A DNA stretch of 64,000 nt from a bacterium (GCA_031441465.1 JANOEP010000011.1:74557-138556), one strand, 5' to 3'. Shown: positions 51,708 to 62,860, counted from the stretch's first letter. Numbers and translations: made by a program. Notes: generated from the sequence alone by a model not told the origin.

Positions 51708-51752
51708 CCGGCCGCGCACTAGGATGGAACTCCACTTCGACCAGGAGCCGAC

Positions 51753-52376
51753 ATGACCCGCATCTACACCCGAACCGGCGACGACGGCGAGACGTCCCTC
51801 ATCGGCGACGGCCGCGCGCCCAAGTCGGACGTGCGCGTCGACCTCTACGGCGAGGTGGACGAACTCAATAGCCACCTCGGACTCGCGGGCGCCCTGCTCG
51901 GCGAAGCGACGCCGCCCGCCGCAGCGCGCGACGTCGCGGCGATGCAGGTGCTGCGGCAAGAACTGGCGACGATCCAGTCGCGGTTGTTCGATCTCGGCGC
52001 CCTGCTGGCCGATCCGAAACGCAGCGAAACGCTTGCCCGGGAAGGTGCGCCGGTGCCCGGACTCGACGAGACGGATCTCGAACAGGCGATCGATCGCCTG
52101 GAAGCGGACCTCGCACCGCTGCGCCGCTTCATCCTGCCGGGCGGGACCCCGGCCGCCGCGGCCCTGCACATCGCGCGCACGGTGTGCCGGCGGGCCGAAC
52201 GCCGCACCGTCGCCGCGGCGCGCGACATCGCCGTGCCCGCGGCGGTGATCCGCTACCTGAACCGCCTGAGCGATTACCTGTTCGTCGCCGCGCGCCGTCT
52301 CGACGCGGCCCACGGCGCGCCCGAGAACCTCTGGGTCCCGTACGCGCCGGACGATGAGGGCGGGAGCCGGTCGTGA
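51753..52376 (+). CDS. pduO: PduO-type cob(I)alamin adenosyltransferase
   Basis: IYTRTGDDGET, YGEVDELNS, FILPGG, RTVCRRAER, YLNRLSD. Confidence 0.94.
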   Translation: MTRIYTRTGDDGETSLIGDGRAPKSDVRVDLYGEVDELNSHLGLAGALLGEATPPAAARDVAAMQVLRQELATIQSRLFDLGALLADPKRSETLAREGAPVPGLDETDLEQAIDRLEADLAPLRRFILPGGTPAAAALHIARTVCRRAERRTVAAARDIAVPAAVIRYLNRLSDYLFVAARRLDAAHGAPENLWVPYAPDDEGGSRS

Positions 52377-53602
52377 ACGACGCCGTGCGCGAGCGGAACA
52401 TCCTGCTCGTCACGTCGGTGGCTCACTTCCTGGCCCACTTCGGCCTGCTGATCTTCCCGTCCCTGGTCCTGTCGATCCAGCAGGACTGGAACCTGCCTTT
52501 CGACCGCGCGCTCGCCCTCGGCTTCTGGATGTACCTGCTGTTCGGTCTGGGCGCCCTGCCCACCGGCGTGCTGACCGACCTGTGGCGCCGTCCTCAGTTG
52601 ATGATCGTCGTCTGTCTGGCCGGCATGTCCGCCTGCTCGCTGTGGGCCGGGCTGACGCGCACGGCGTCGCAACTGACCTGGGCGCTGGGCGGCCTGGGCC
52701 TGTTCGCCTCGATCTACCACCCCGCGGGCATGGGGCTGATCTCCACCGGCGTGAAGCGCCGGGGCTGGGCGCTGGGCGTCAACGGGGTCGCCGGCAACCT
52801 CGGCGAAGTCTTCGCACCGGTCGCGGCGGGTCTGCTGGCGGTGGTGCTGGGCTGGCGCAGCGTCTACCTGATCCTGGCGGTGCCTTCGGCGGCGATGGCC
52901 GTGCTCGCCTTGCGCCTGCGGGCCGACGGCCTGTCGGCACCCGCTTCCCGGGAGGTCGCCGCGCCGCGCGGGCGCCGCCGGACCGTGCTCGTCTTTTCGC
53001 TGCTTTGCCTGGCGATGGTGTGTGGCGGGATCGCCTACCGCGGGCAGACCCTGGTGCTGCCGAAGTGGTTCCAGGAGCAGGGCGGCGCGCTGGTCGACCT
53101 CGTCGAGGGGTGGACGTGGCTGCCCCGCGCCGGCGGCCGCGTCGTGGCGGCCACGGCGCTGACCTCCCTGGCCTACCTCGTCGGCGCCCTGGGACAGGTG
53201 GTGGGCGGGCGGCTCTCCGATCGCCATGATCTGCGACGGGTCTACTTCGGCTTCCAGGCCTGCGCCCTGCCGCTGCTGGTGCTGATGGGACAGACCTCCG
53301 GCCCGGCGTTGCTGCTCACGGCCATGGCCTACTCCTTCTTCGCCTTCGGCATGCAGCCGGCCGAAAATTCCCTGGTGGCGGCGCTCACCCCGCCGAGGCT
53401 GCGCAGCACCGGCTACGGCCTGAAGTTCGTGCTGGTGTTCGGCGTGGGTTCGCTGGCGGTCAAGCTGGTCGGCGGCTGGGAGAGGGGCGGGGGGCTGGCG
53501 ACGGTGTTCCCGAACCTGGGCCTGTTCGTCGTCGGGCTGCTGGCCAGCGTGATCGTGCTGGGCCTGTTCACGCGCCGCGAGTCGATCCGCAACCGCGACT
53601 GA
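52373..53602 (+). CDS. MFS transporter
   Basis: About 12 TM segments; SIYHP, GNLG, GGRLSDR. Confidence 0.88.
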   Translation: MNDAVRERNILLVTSVAHFLAHFGLLIFPSLVLSIQQDWNLPFDRALALGFWMYLLFGLGALPTGVLTDLWRRPQLMIVVCLAGMSACSLWAGLTRTASQLTWALGGLGLFASIYHPAGMGLISTGVKRRGWALGVNGVAGNLGEVFAPVAAGLLAVVLGWRSVYLILAVPSAAMAVLALRLRADGLSAPASREVAAPRGRRRTVLVFSLLCLAMVCGGIAYRGQTLVLPKWFQEQGGALVDLVEGWTWLPRAGGRVVAATALTSLAYLVGALGQVVGGRLSDRHDLRRVYFGFQACALPLLVLMGQTSGPALLLTAMAYSFFAFGMQPAENSLVAALTPPRLRSTGYGLKFVLVFGVGSLAVKLVGGWERGGGLATVFPNLGLFVVGLLASVIVLGLFTRRESIRNRD

Positions 53603-53627
53603 CGTCGCGCTTCCCCGACGGACACGG

Positions 53628-53651
53628 AAAAGGCCCCGCCGGGGCGGGGCC
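53628..53651 (-). terminator. Intrinsic terminator after the ferredoxin gene
   Basis: GGCCCCGC / GCGGGGCC stem followed by a T-run on the minus strand. Confidence 0.65.
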
Positions 53652-53681
53652 GTGGAATCGGAGTCCGTCGCGGCGGAGTCC

Positions 53682-53861
53682 TCAGTCGGCCATCGAGATG
53701 GCTTCGGTCGGGCAGGCCTCCAGGCACGCTTCGCAGTCGGTGCAGGTGTCGGGGTCGACCTTGGCGACGCCGTCGCCGGTCATGGCGATGGCCTCGGTCG
53801 GGCAAGCCTCGATGCAGGACTCGCACCCGGTGCACTCGTCGGGATTCACAAAAGCAGGCAT
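53682..53861 (-). CDS. 2[4Fe-4S] ferredoxin
   Basis: CTGCESCIEACP and CTDCEACLEACP; ATG after AAGGAG. Confidence 0.93.
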   Translation of the reverse strand: MPAFVNPDECTGCESCIEACPTEAIAMTGDGVAKVDPDTCTDCEACLEACPTEAISMAD

Positions 53862-53992
53862 GGGGTGACTCCTTGGTCTGGGAAAACGCCCGGGTTCGGA
53901 AACGCCGGCAGGTGTGTTCTCAAGGGCAAAATTGTCCGGACCGCCGGGCTTGTCAATGACTGATTCCGCAGTTTCGATATTGAAAGCGCAGG

Positions 53993-54478
53993 TCAAATGG
54001 ACGGATCGGCCGACTCGTTAAAAACCCGGCGGATCCCTCCCGCCGCGGCCAGGACGGCGGCGCCGGCCAGCAGGGCCAGGTCGCGCAGCAGCAGCGAGAG
54101 CCCCACGACGTGGGCGTCCTCGGTGCCGAAGCAGCCGCAGGAGATGTCCAGCCCGCGCGCCATGGCCGAACCGATGGCGGCCATGAACATCACCAGCATC
54201 AGGATGACCAGCCAGGCGGCGCCGCGGCGGGCGCGGCCGAGGATCAGCGCCGCGCCGGCGACGAATTCCAACCAGGGCAGCAACATGGCCGCGGGGTGCA
54301 GCAACCAGGCCGGAGCCAGCCGGTAGTGGGCGATGGACAGCGCGAACCCGGCGGGGTCGAGGATCTTGTCGAACGACGCGTAGACGAACGTGCCGCCCAC
54401 CAGGAAGCGCAGCAGCAGGTCCATCCAGTCGGGGATCGTCCACGAGCGGCGGCCGGTCGCGGCGGCGGCATCAGTCAT
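53993..54478 (-). CDS. MauE/DoxX-family redox membrane protein
   Basis: KILDP..F, LPWLE, RGLDISCGCFG, LLRDL. Confidence 0.88.
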   Translation of the reverse strand: MTDAAAATGRRSWTIPDWMDLLLRFLVGGTFVYASFDKILDPAGFALSIAHYRLAPAWLLHPAAMLLPWLEFVAGAALILGRARRGAAWLVILMLVMFMAAIGSAMARGLDISCGCFGTEDAHVVGLSLLLRDLALLAGAAVLAAAGGIRRVFNESADPSI

Positions 54479-54980
54479 GCCCGACCTCCCCGTCGCCGAC
54501 GTGGACTTCGCCGCCGGCTTGTTCCCAGGCCTCGAGCGAACCCTGGAGCAGGCGGAGGTCCGTGAAGCCGCGCTCCCGCAAGCGGCCGGCCACGGCGGCG
54601 GCGACCAGCAGGTTGCCGTCGCCGTAGACCAGCAGCGGGTCGGCGGGGGACAGGAAGTCGAACACGTCCCGCAGGTCGTCGTCGAAGGTCTCCTGCCGCA
54701 GGCTGAAGGAACCAGGGATGCGGCGTGCCTGATCGCCGGGACGCGTGTCCACGGGGACGCAGGCGTTCTCGAGGAAGAGGGCCACCGCCTCGGCGGCCGG
54801 GACGACGGGGAAGCCCAGGTCGAGTTCGTAGGCGGACAGGTCGGCTCGCAGCGGCAGGCGCGGCGTGCGCACGGCCCAGCTCAGCCCCGCGGCCGCCAGC
54901 GACAAGGCCAGCAACAGCGCGGCTTCGCGCAGGGGCCGCGCGCGCGGGAACGGCTGGATCCTGGGTGTGCGCTCGGCCAC
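54471..54980 (-). CDS. Membrane-anchored rhodanese-like protein lacking the active-site Cys
   Basis: VDTR, IPGS, LVYGDG, GSLEAW..AG. Confidence 0.75.
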   Translation of the reverse strand: MAERTPRIQPFPRARPLREAALLLALSLAAAGLSWAVRTPRLPLRADLSAYELDLGFPVVPAAEAVALFLENACVPVDTRPGDQARRIPGSFSLRQETFDDDLRDVFDFLSPADPLLVYGDGNLLVAAAVAGRLRERGFTDLRLLQGSLEAWEQAGGEVHVGDGEVGHD

Positions 54981-54987
54981 GACGCTC

Positions 54988-56031
54988 CTACATCTTGAGC
55001 ATGTACTTGACCGCGGCCTTGAGCTCGGGTGCGTTCTTCGCGTCGGTGAGGACGCGCAGGGTCCCGTTGAACCGGCCCTTCGCGGCGACGGCGATCGGAT
55101 CGCCGGTCGCCAGGGGGAGGCCCTCGACTTCGATCGTCGTCTCGCCGGATTCGGCGTTGCGGGTCACGGAGACCACCTTGAAGCCGGGCAAGTCGATCGT
55201 CGCTTCCTTGACGTTCACGACCGCGCCCGTCTGCGGCCGCAGGATGAACTTGCGCGACATCTTCACACCGGAGGCGGCGTACCGGAAGTTGACTTCTTCA
55301 GGCAAGAGCACCACGGGCGCCAGGATCGTGCCGGTGACCGTGATGTCGATCTGGGATCGTTGCGGCACGTTCGTGTGGAAGGTGATGAGTTCGCGGACCT
55401 GTCCCGAGGGGACGTCCTTGCGCAGGCGGATCGTGGCGCGGCGCGAGTTGGCCGCGGCGCCCGGCGACACGTCGATCGTGAACAGGTCCGCCCGCGTCTT
55501 GATCACCTCGACGTTCAAGGTCGGCTGGTCGGGCGTGCTGAACTCGACGACCTGCTCGGCGCCCTGCCCCAGCGGCACCCGGCCGAAGGCGACCGCCTTG
55601 TCGAGGGGCTGCACGATCAGGGGCGCGTGCACGTCGGCCAGGACCGGGATCTCGATGATGGTGCGGATCGGGTCGTTGGTCTGGATCGTGATGGTCTTGT
55701 GCTGGGGACCCTGGAATTCCTTGCTGCTGAACGTCACCTCGATCGTCGTGCTCTCGCCCGGCTCCAGGGAGTTGCGGCCGGGCTTGGCCACGGTGCAGCC
55801 GCAGGTGCTCTCCACGTTGATGATGTTCAGCACCATGTCGCCCTCGTTGCGGACGACCAGGGACGCGGTCCGGGCCTCGTTCTGTTCGAGGCGGCCGAAG
55901 TCGATCTCGGGCGGCATGATCGAAACCTTGGCCGAAGCGTGGGCGACGGCGGCCGGCAGGGAGGCCGACAGGGCGGCCAGCAGGGCCAGCGCGACGAAAC
56001 GGTGCAGGGGGAGACGGCGGTATGTGGTCAT
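54988..56031 (-). CDS. DUF1573-like secreted Ig-fold protein
   Basis: DFG, RNEG..L.I..VESTCGCT, PGES, KTITIQTND. Confidence 0.82.
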   Translation of the reverse strand: MTTYRRLPLHRFVALALLAALSASLPAAVAHASAKVSIMPPEIDFGRLEQNEARTASLVVRNEGDMVLNIINVESTCGCTVAKPGRNSLEPGESTTIEVTFSSKEFQGPQHKTITIQTNDPIRTIIEIPVLADVHAPLIVQPLDKAVAFGRVPLGQGAEQVVEFSTPDQPTLNVEVIKTRADLFTIDVSPGAAANSRRATIRLRKDVPSGQVRELITFHTNVPQRSQIDITVTGTILAPVVLLPEEVNFRYAASGVKMSRKFILRPQTGAVVNVKEATIDLPGFKVVSVTRNAESGETTIEVEGLPLATGDPIAVAAKGRFNGTLRVLTDAKNAPELKAAVKYMLKM

Positions 56032-56160
56032 GATCGTGGACGATCCTTGTGTCGGGGTCGGTATTCGGTGCATTCCTGAAGTGAACCCGCCGTGGCCGCA
56101 TCGGGTTCCCGGCGGCTGGCACTCGCTGGATAATGTCTCACATTCTCCGTTCATGGCAAG

Positions 56161-57378
56161 AGTTGTGCCGTCGAAATTGTGTCCGGCCGCGCCACAGGTT
56201 GACGCGGCCGGCTTTCGTTTCATCACCTCACACCGCGTAGCTCAGGTCATGCCGCCGCTGCCGCGGCAACACCCGCGTACTGACCGTGCGCCAGTAGTAT
56301 TCAGCCCACCGCGCCGGTAACTTGCTTCGGCTCACGAACAACCGCCGCTCCAGCAGATCCCGCACCTCGAGTCGCCGGTCGAGCATCCCCCGCGCCTGCG
56401 CCGGCGTCGGACTCCCGCGCTCCTTCTCCCGCCTGCCCTTCATGTAGTTCCGCCACACCAGGAACACCGCCAATCGCTCCGCGCTCGACTGCCGTCGCTT
56501 CGACCACGCGATCGTCTGGCGCTTGTGGTTCGCACTGCTGTGACGGATCAACATGTCTACCAAGTTGATCGGGAACAACGGGTTGCCGGCGTCCCGCCGT
56601 TCCTGGCTCGAGGTCACCAGGTGGGTCGATTCGCAAGGCAACCTCTTCAACGCCCGCGGGTAGTCCTGGTGTTCGTCACTCAAAACGGTCACCCGCCGCT
56701 GCCCGCCGACAACCACCTCCAGCAGATGCTTCACGTCCTTGAACACGGCCCTCGGGTCGGGACGACCATGGCGGGCTTCCAACCGCCGGCGTTTGCGCTT
56801 CTGCGCCTTGGTCATGCGACCGCTGCGGCGCAACTCGCTGTCGGTGAAGTAGATCAGGAAGTCGGTGTCCTTCTCCACGGCCAGGTGGTGGTGGAAGGGC
56901 CAGTACTGGGATTGCTCGAAGGTGACGAAGCCGTCGATGACGAACCGGTCGGCCGGTCTGGCGAACTGCATGCGCTCGGCGTGGTAGAGCAGGCAGTGGC
57001 GGCCGAGCCGGCTGAGCTGGTGGTCGATGGTCGAAGGAGCGACGCGCAGGTCCCTAGCGATCTGTCGGTTGGCCATGCAGCCGGTGGTCTTGGTCAGCAG
57101 CTGGGCCAGGATGTCGGGTCGCTTGAGCCAGTAGGAAGTGGCGAAGGTCTGGGTGCTGAAGGATCGGCGGCAGTGGAGGCAGAGGAACCGCTGGATACGG
57201 TGCGGGCTGAGATGTCGCCGGTAGTAGCCGATGCGCTTGAAGCGCCAGCCTGGGGTCAACTGCCTGTGGTGGCAGCAGTTGGGGTTGGGGCAGTGGGGCG
57301 GGGTGAACCGGGTGTCGTCGGTGTGCATGCTTGGCCCGAGGCATCAAGTGGGCCGGACACAATCTCGATGGCACAACT
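56161..57378 (-). mobile_element. IS1/IS1595-related insertion sequence, copy 2 (1218 bp)
   Basis: 28-bp TIRs (26/28 match) flanked by the direct repeat CATGGCAAG (56152-56160 and 57379-57387). Confidence 0.92.
56228..57328 (-). CDS. Transposase, paralogue of 20697..21797
   Basis: Same 366-aa length; about 47 aa differences by manual count. Confidence 0.87.
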   Translation of the reverse strand: MHTDDTRFTPPHCPNPNCCHHRQLTPGWRFKRIGYYRRHLSPHRIQRFLCLHCRRSFSTQTFATSYWLKRPDILAQLLTKTTGCMANRQIARDLRVAPSTIDHQLSRLGRHCLLYHAERMQFARPADRFVIDGFVTFEQSQYWPFHHHLAVEKDTDFLIYFTDSELRRSGRMTKAQKRKRRRLEARHGRPDPRAVFKDVKHLLEVVVGGQRRVTVLSDEHQDYPRALKRLPCESTHLVTSSQERRDAGNPLFPINLVDMLIRHSSANHKRQTIAWSKRRQSSAERLAVFLVWRNYMKGRREKERGSPTPAQARGMLDRRLEVRDLLERRLFVSRSKLPARWAEYYWRTVSTRVLPRQRRHDLSYAV

Positions 57379-57513
57379 CATGGCAAGCCGGATGCTCCGG
57401 AAACGCCTCGGCGGCGCGCGGGTCCGGTGGCCGGCGCCCCGCCGTGTGGATACCATGGCGGGACGGGATGCCGCCCCGAAACGGCGGCCGGCGTCCCCGG
57501 AAGGAGAGCCGAC

Positions 57514-58452
<939 letters not shown>

Positions 58453-58482
58453 ACGCATCGACCCCGCGACTGGAGGATCGAG

Positions 58483-59427
58483 ATGACGCCCAGGGATCCG
58501 CGCTGCTCCGGCCGTCTGCAGGATCTGGCCCGCACGCTCGCCGCCGACTACCAGTCCGCCGGCGGCATCAACCGCGCGGGCGACGCCGAACTGCCCTCGT
58601 TCGCGCGGGTGGAGGCGCTCCTGCAGGACCTGCTGACGATCGTCTTTCCTGGGTACTACGGCGGCCGTCTCGGTGCGCGCGCCTGCCTCGAGACCTTCGT
58701 CGCGGCCAGGATCGACACCGTCTACGACACGCTCGCGGACATCCTCGGCGGCACGCTCGCCTTCTGTGTGCGCGAGGACGTCCACACGCCGCGGCCTCTG
58801 CCCCTGCCGCCTCCCGGACCGGATTCCGGGACGGACATCCCGGCCGCCGCCGAGGGTTTGGCCCTGTCGTACCTCGAACGGTTGCCCGAGATCCGCGGCC
58901 TGGTCCGCACCGACGTCGAAGCCGCCTTCCTGGGCGACCCCGCCGCCACGGGCCGGGACGAGGTCATCCTCTGCTACCCCGGCCTGCTGGCGATCGCCGT
59001 GCACCGGCTCGCTCACCCGCTCCACGCGGCGGGCGTGCCGATCGTTCCGCGCCTGATGAGCGAGTGGGCCCACGCCCGCACCGGCGTGGACATCCACCCC
59101 GGGGCGGAGATCGGGCCGCACTTTTTCATCGACCACGGCACCGGCGTGGTCGTGGGCGAGACCACCCGCATCGGCGCCCGCGTCAAGCTCTACCAGGGCG
59201 TCACCCTCGGCGCCCTCAGCTTCAAGCGTGCGCCCGACGGTTCGCTGGACAAGAGCGGGCAGCGCCACCCGACCATCGAGGACGAGGTCACGATCTACGC
59301 CAACGCCACGATCCTCGGCGGCGAGACCGTCGTGGGCCGGGGCGCCGTCATCGGCGGCGGCTGCTGGGTCGTGGCTTCGGTGCCGGCGGGCGGGCGCATC
59401 CTGACCCACACCCACGCCGATCGCTGA
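58483..59427 (+). CDS. cysE: Serine O-acetyltransferase (long type)
   Basis: GDPAA, CYPG, TGVDIHPGA, IDHGTG, YQGVTLG, RHPT. Confidence 0.9.
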   Translation: MTPRDPRCSGRLQDLARTLAADYQSAGGINRAGDAELPSFARVEALLQDLLTIVFPGYYGGRLGARACLETFVAARIDTVYDTLADILGGTLAFCVREDVHTPRPLPLPPPGPDSGTDIPAAAEGLALSYLERLPEIRGLVRTDVEAAFLGDPAATGRDEVILCYPGLLAIAVHRLAHPLHAAGVPIVPRLMSEWAHARTGVDIHPGAEIGPHFFIDHGTGVVVGETTRIGARVKLYQGVTLGALSFKRAPDGSLDKSGQRHPTIEDEVTIYANATILGGETVVGRGAVIGGGCWVVASVPAGGRILTHTHADR

Positions 59428-59520
59428 CCGGTTCGCACCGCCGCGACCAGGATGGGGGGTTGTTCCCTTCTTCCCGCCGGGGTATCTTCCGACATCCACC
59501 CCCCTGCCCCGGAGGACGCC

Positions 59521-61545
59521 ATGTCCCGACATCGCGGTCTGCCTGCGGCCTTCGTTTGCGCGACGGCTGTGTGGTTCCTGTTCGCCCTGCGGCCCCAGCC
59601 GGTCCCGGCCTCGCCGGCGGCGGCGATCGCCGACCCGGGCTGCCTGGCCCGGGCCAAGGCCGGCCTGACGACCGCCGGCGCCGTCGGCGACAAGTCGTCG
59701 CTCGCGGGCGTCGACTACGATGTGCGCGACTACCGCCTGCAGTTGTCGCTGGACCCGGCCGCCGCGACCTACCAGGGCGCCGTCACCGTCACCTACGTCC
59801 CGAGCCTGGCGTACGCGGGCGAACTGGTCCTGGACTGCGTCGGCCCCGTGGTCACCGGCGTGACCGACGGCACGACGGCGCTGCCCTTCGTTCAGGCGGG
59901 CGGCGCGCTGCGCGTCACGACCGCCGGCAAGCGTGAAGCGGCGGTCGACAGCGTCGTGGTGTCTTTCGGCAACGCGCTGCCGTTGCGGATGCGCGAAGGC
60001 CTGAGTCTGTGGTACTGGGACTTCCCCGAGGACACCGACCCGATCATCTCGAGCATGAGCCAGCCCGACGCGGCCCGCACCTGGTGGCCCTGCAAGGACC
60101 GCTCCGACGACAAGGCCCGCTGCCGGGTCGAGATCACGGCCCCCGACGACCTCACCGCCGTCTCCAACGGGAGTCTCGTGGACGAGGTCGACCACGGTGA
60201 CGGCACGCGGACCCGGGTCTGGCGCGAGGAATACCCGATCGCCACCTACCTGGTGTCGGTGGCCTTGAGCGCCTACGCCGAATTCGGCAGCGTGTGCACG
60301 ACCGACGCCGGGAGCGTGCCGCTGCGCCACTGGGTCCAGCCGGACGATCTCGCCGACGCCCAGGTCGACTTCGCGCACCTGTGCGACATGATCGGCGTCC
60401 TGGAGGAGATCATCGGGCCGTACCCCTTCGCCGACGAGAAGTACGGGCATGCGGAATTCTTGAACATGAGTTCGGGCGCGATGGAGCACCAGACCGTGAC
60501 CAGCTACGGGCGCAACCTGATCCGCGGCAACAACCATTACGACTGGATCATGGTCCACGAACTGGCCCACCAGTGGTTCGGCGACGCGCTCACGCCCCGC
60601 GGCTGGCAGGACGTCTGGCTCAACGAAGGTTTCTCCACCTACTTCGAAGCGCTGTGGATGGAGTACCTGCACGGCCTGGCGCCCGACGGCGCGGACGGGT
60701 ACTTCCCCTGGATGCGCTCCAAGCGCTGGGCGAGCGACTGGATCGGCGAGACGCCCGTCTACGATCCCTTCCCGATCCTCGACCAGGTCGTCTACGACAA
60801 GGGCGCCTGGATCCTGCACATGCTGCGCGGGAGGATGGGGGACACCGCCTTCTTCGCGCTGCTCGCCGACTGGACCTCGACCGCGCGCCTGCACGGGGTG
60901 GTGGACACGGAGATGTTCGTCGAACTCGCCTCGGAGCACGCGGGCGAGGATCTCGCGGACTTCTTCACCCCCTGGCTCGAGACGTCGACGGTCCCGCACC
61001 TGGAATTCACGACCGCGGTGACGGACGGGACGGCGGGTGTCGGCACGCGCCTGCAGGTCCGGCTGCGGGACCTCAGCGGGGTGGACTTCGACAACGTCTA
61101 CCCGGTGCGGGTGACGACCGAAGCGGGCGAGGAGTGGCGCGCGCTGCGCCTGGCCGGCGACGAGGCGACGCAGGACTTCGACTTCACCACCGCGGTGCAA
61201 ACGGCCGTGCTCGACCCGTTGGGCTGGGTCGCCTGGCGGGCGGCCGTCGCGACCCCGGACCCGCTGCGCCTGCTGCGGTCGTACCCGAACCCGTCGTTCA
61301 ACGGGGTGGTCGCCCTGGTCTACCTGCAGTTGGAAGAGGCGGCCCTCGACCTCGAGATCTTCGACGCGGCCGGACGACGGCTGTACCGCCGCGCCGTCGC
61401 GGCCGTCGGGGCGTCGCTGGAAGAGCGCGAGGAACTCTGGCACGGCCGGGACGACGAGGGCCGCGCCGTCCCCTCGGGCGTCTACTGGGCGCGCCTGTCG
61501 ACCGGTGGCGCGTCCTCCGTCCTGAAGTTCGCGATCGTCCGCTGA
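59521..61545 (+). CDS. Secreted M1 aminopeptidase with FlgD-Ig/T9SS-like tail
   Basis: GAMEH, HELAHQWFGD..NEGFS; tail SYPNP..DAAGR..W.GRD..G..VPSGVY. Confidence 0.92.
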   Translation: MSRHRGLPAAFVCATAVWFLFALRPQPVPASPAAAIADPGCLARAKAGLTTAGAVGDKSSLAGVDYDVRDYRLQLSLDPAAATYQGAVTVTYVPSLAYAGELVLDCVGPVVTGVTDGTTALPFVQAGGALRVTTAGKREAAVDSVVVSFGNALPLRMREGLSLWYWDFPEDTDPIISSMSQPDAARTWWPCKDRSDDKARCRVEITAPDDLTAVSNGSLVDEVDHGDGTRTRVWREEYPIATYLVSVALSAYAEFGSVCTTDAGSVPLRHWVQPDDLADAQVDFAHLCDMIGVLEEIIGPYPFADEKYGHAEFLNMSSGAMEHQTVTSYGRNLIRGNNHYDWIMVHELAHQWFGDALTPRGWQDVWLNEGFSTYFEALWMEYLHGLAPDGADGYFPWMRSKRWASDWIGETPVYDPFPILDQVVYDKGAWILHMLRGRMGDTAFFALLADWTSTARLHGVVDTEMFVELASEHAGEDLADFFTPWLETSTVPHLEFTTAVTDGTAGVGTRLQVRLRDLSGVDFDNVYPVRVTTEAGEEWRALRLAGDEATQDFDFTTAVQTAVLDPLGWVAWRAAVATPDPLRLLRSYPNPSFNGVVALVYLQLEEAALDLEIFDAAGRRLYRRAVAAVGASLEEREELWHGRDDEGRAVPSGVYWARLSTGGASSVLKFAIVR

Positions 61546-61558
61546 CGGGGAGGTCCTC

Positions 61559-62365
61559 GTGAACAAGCTGCGCGCACGCCGCCGTTACGTGACCGACGAG
61601 CCCTTCCGAGTCGAGCCGGCGCTGGTCGGCCGGCAACTGTCGTCGTTCCGGCGCCGAGCGGCGGGCTTCGCCGCCGACCTGGTCCTGATCGGCGTGTTGA
61701 TCGCCGTCACGTTCGTCGGGTTGACCGCACTGGGCTTCCACCGCCGCGACCCGCAGCTGTTCGCGGATCTGCGGGCGGCCCGGGCCGTTCCCGACAAGCT
61801 GCAACGTGAGGCGCGCTACGCGGACGTCGGCGGGCGGTTCCTCAAGATCATGGCCGAGCGGGACCCCGCCCTGCTGGACGGCGAGGCGCAGGCCCTGCTG
61901 GACGACAGCGGCGCCGCCACCCTGTGGTCGTCCCTGAACCCCGGCGACGACGACGTGGAGGTGACCATCGTGGGCGGCGCGTCGAAGATCGTGCGCACGC
62001 CCGACGGTCGGCGGCTCCAGATCGGCACCGACGCCCTGATGGGCGGCATGGCGACCTTCTACAACGTGGGCTTCCTGTTCGTCGCCTGGTTCACGGTGGC
62101 GATGCGGCTGGGCCGCGGGCGCACGGTCGGGAAAATGATCACGCGCACCCGCGTCGTGAGGTTGGACGGTCGCCCGATGTCGTGGTGGGACTGCTTCGAC
62201 CGCGCCGGCGGCTACGGCGCCAGCGCGGCGACGGCCCTGCTGGGGTTCTTCGAGGCGCTGCGCAGCGCCAACCGCCAGGCGCTCCACGACCGGATCGCGG
62301 GCACGGTCGTGGTGCGTGATCCCATCCCCGACGCCGCGGCCTCGCCGGCCGCGGCAGAAGCGTGA
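61559..62365 (+). CDS. RDD-family membrane protein
   Basis: RRAAGFAAD, GRTVGK, RQALHDRIAGTVV. Confidence 0.88.
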   Translation: MNKLRARRRYVTDEPFRVEPALVGRQLSSFRRRAAGFAADLVLIGVLIAVTFVGLTALGFHRRDPQLFADLRAARAVPDKLQREARYADVGGRFLKIMAERDPALLDGEAQALLDDSGAATLWSSLNPGDDDVEVTIVGGASKIVRTPDGRRLQIGTDALMGGMATFYNVGFLFVAWFTVAMRLGRGRTVGKMITRTRVVRLDGRPMSWWDCFDRAGGYGASAATALLGFFEALRSANRQALHDRIAGTVVVRDPIPDAAASPAAAEA

Positions 62366-62374
62366 GGACCAGGC

Positions 62375-62851
62375 ATGCGTGAGAAGTGGGCCAGAGGAGC
62401 CGCGAGGGTCCGCATCGTCACCCGCCAGCAGGTGGCGTTGCTGCCACTGCTCGGCCTGATCCCGTCGTTCCTGCTGGCGACCTACTCCCTGACCCTGCCG
62501 TGGGCCAGCGGCCGCGCGTTCGCGGTCTGGCGGATCTCGCGAAGCCCGGGCGCCGCCATGCTCCTGGCGGTCACGCTGGCCGGCATGGTGGCCGCCACGA
62601 TCTCGGTCGCCACGCGCACCAACCGCCGCGACATCGCCGCCGCCGTGCACCTGCTCACCGGCGCGGTGATGTGCGTCGTGGCCGGCGCCGCCTTCCGGAT
62701 GATCCAGCAGGCGAGCGTCAGTTTCCTGGGCCTGTTCGACGTGGCCTCGGTGAAGACCGGGCCCGGCCTGAAGATGTTCGTGCTGGCGTCGGTCCTGGTC
62801 GTCGTGCTGGGCCTGTTCGAGATGTACCTGGCCGTGCGCCGGCGACGCTGA
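62375..62851 (+). CDS. Hypothetical membrane protein
   Basis: Four hydrophobic segments; co-directional and tightly spaced. Confidence 0.7.
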   Translation: MREKWARGAARVRIVTRQQVALLPLLGLIPSFLLATYSLTLPWASGRAFAVWRISRSPGAAMLLAVTLAGMVAATISVATRTNRRDIAAAVHLLTGAVMCVVAGAAFRMIQQASVSFLGLFDVASVKTGPGLKMFVLASVLVVVLGLFEMYLAVRRRR

Positions 62852-62860
62852 CCGCGACCC

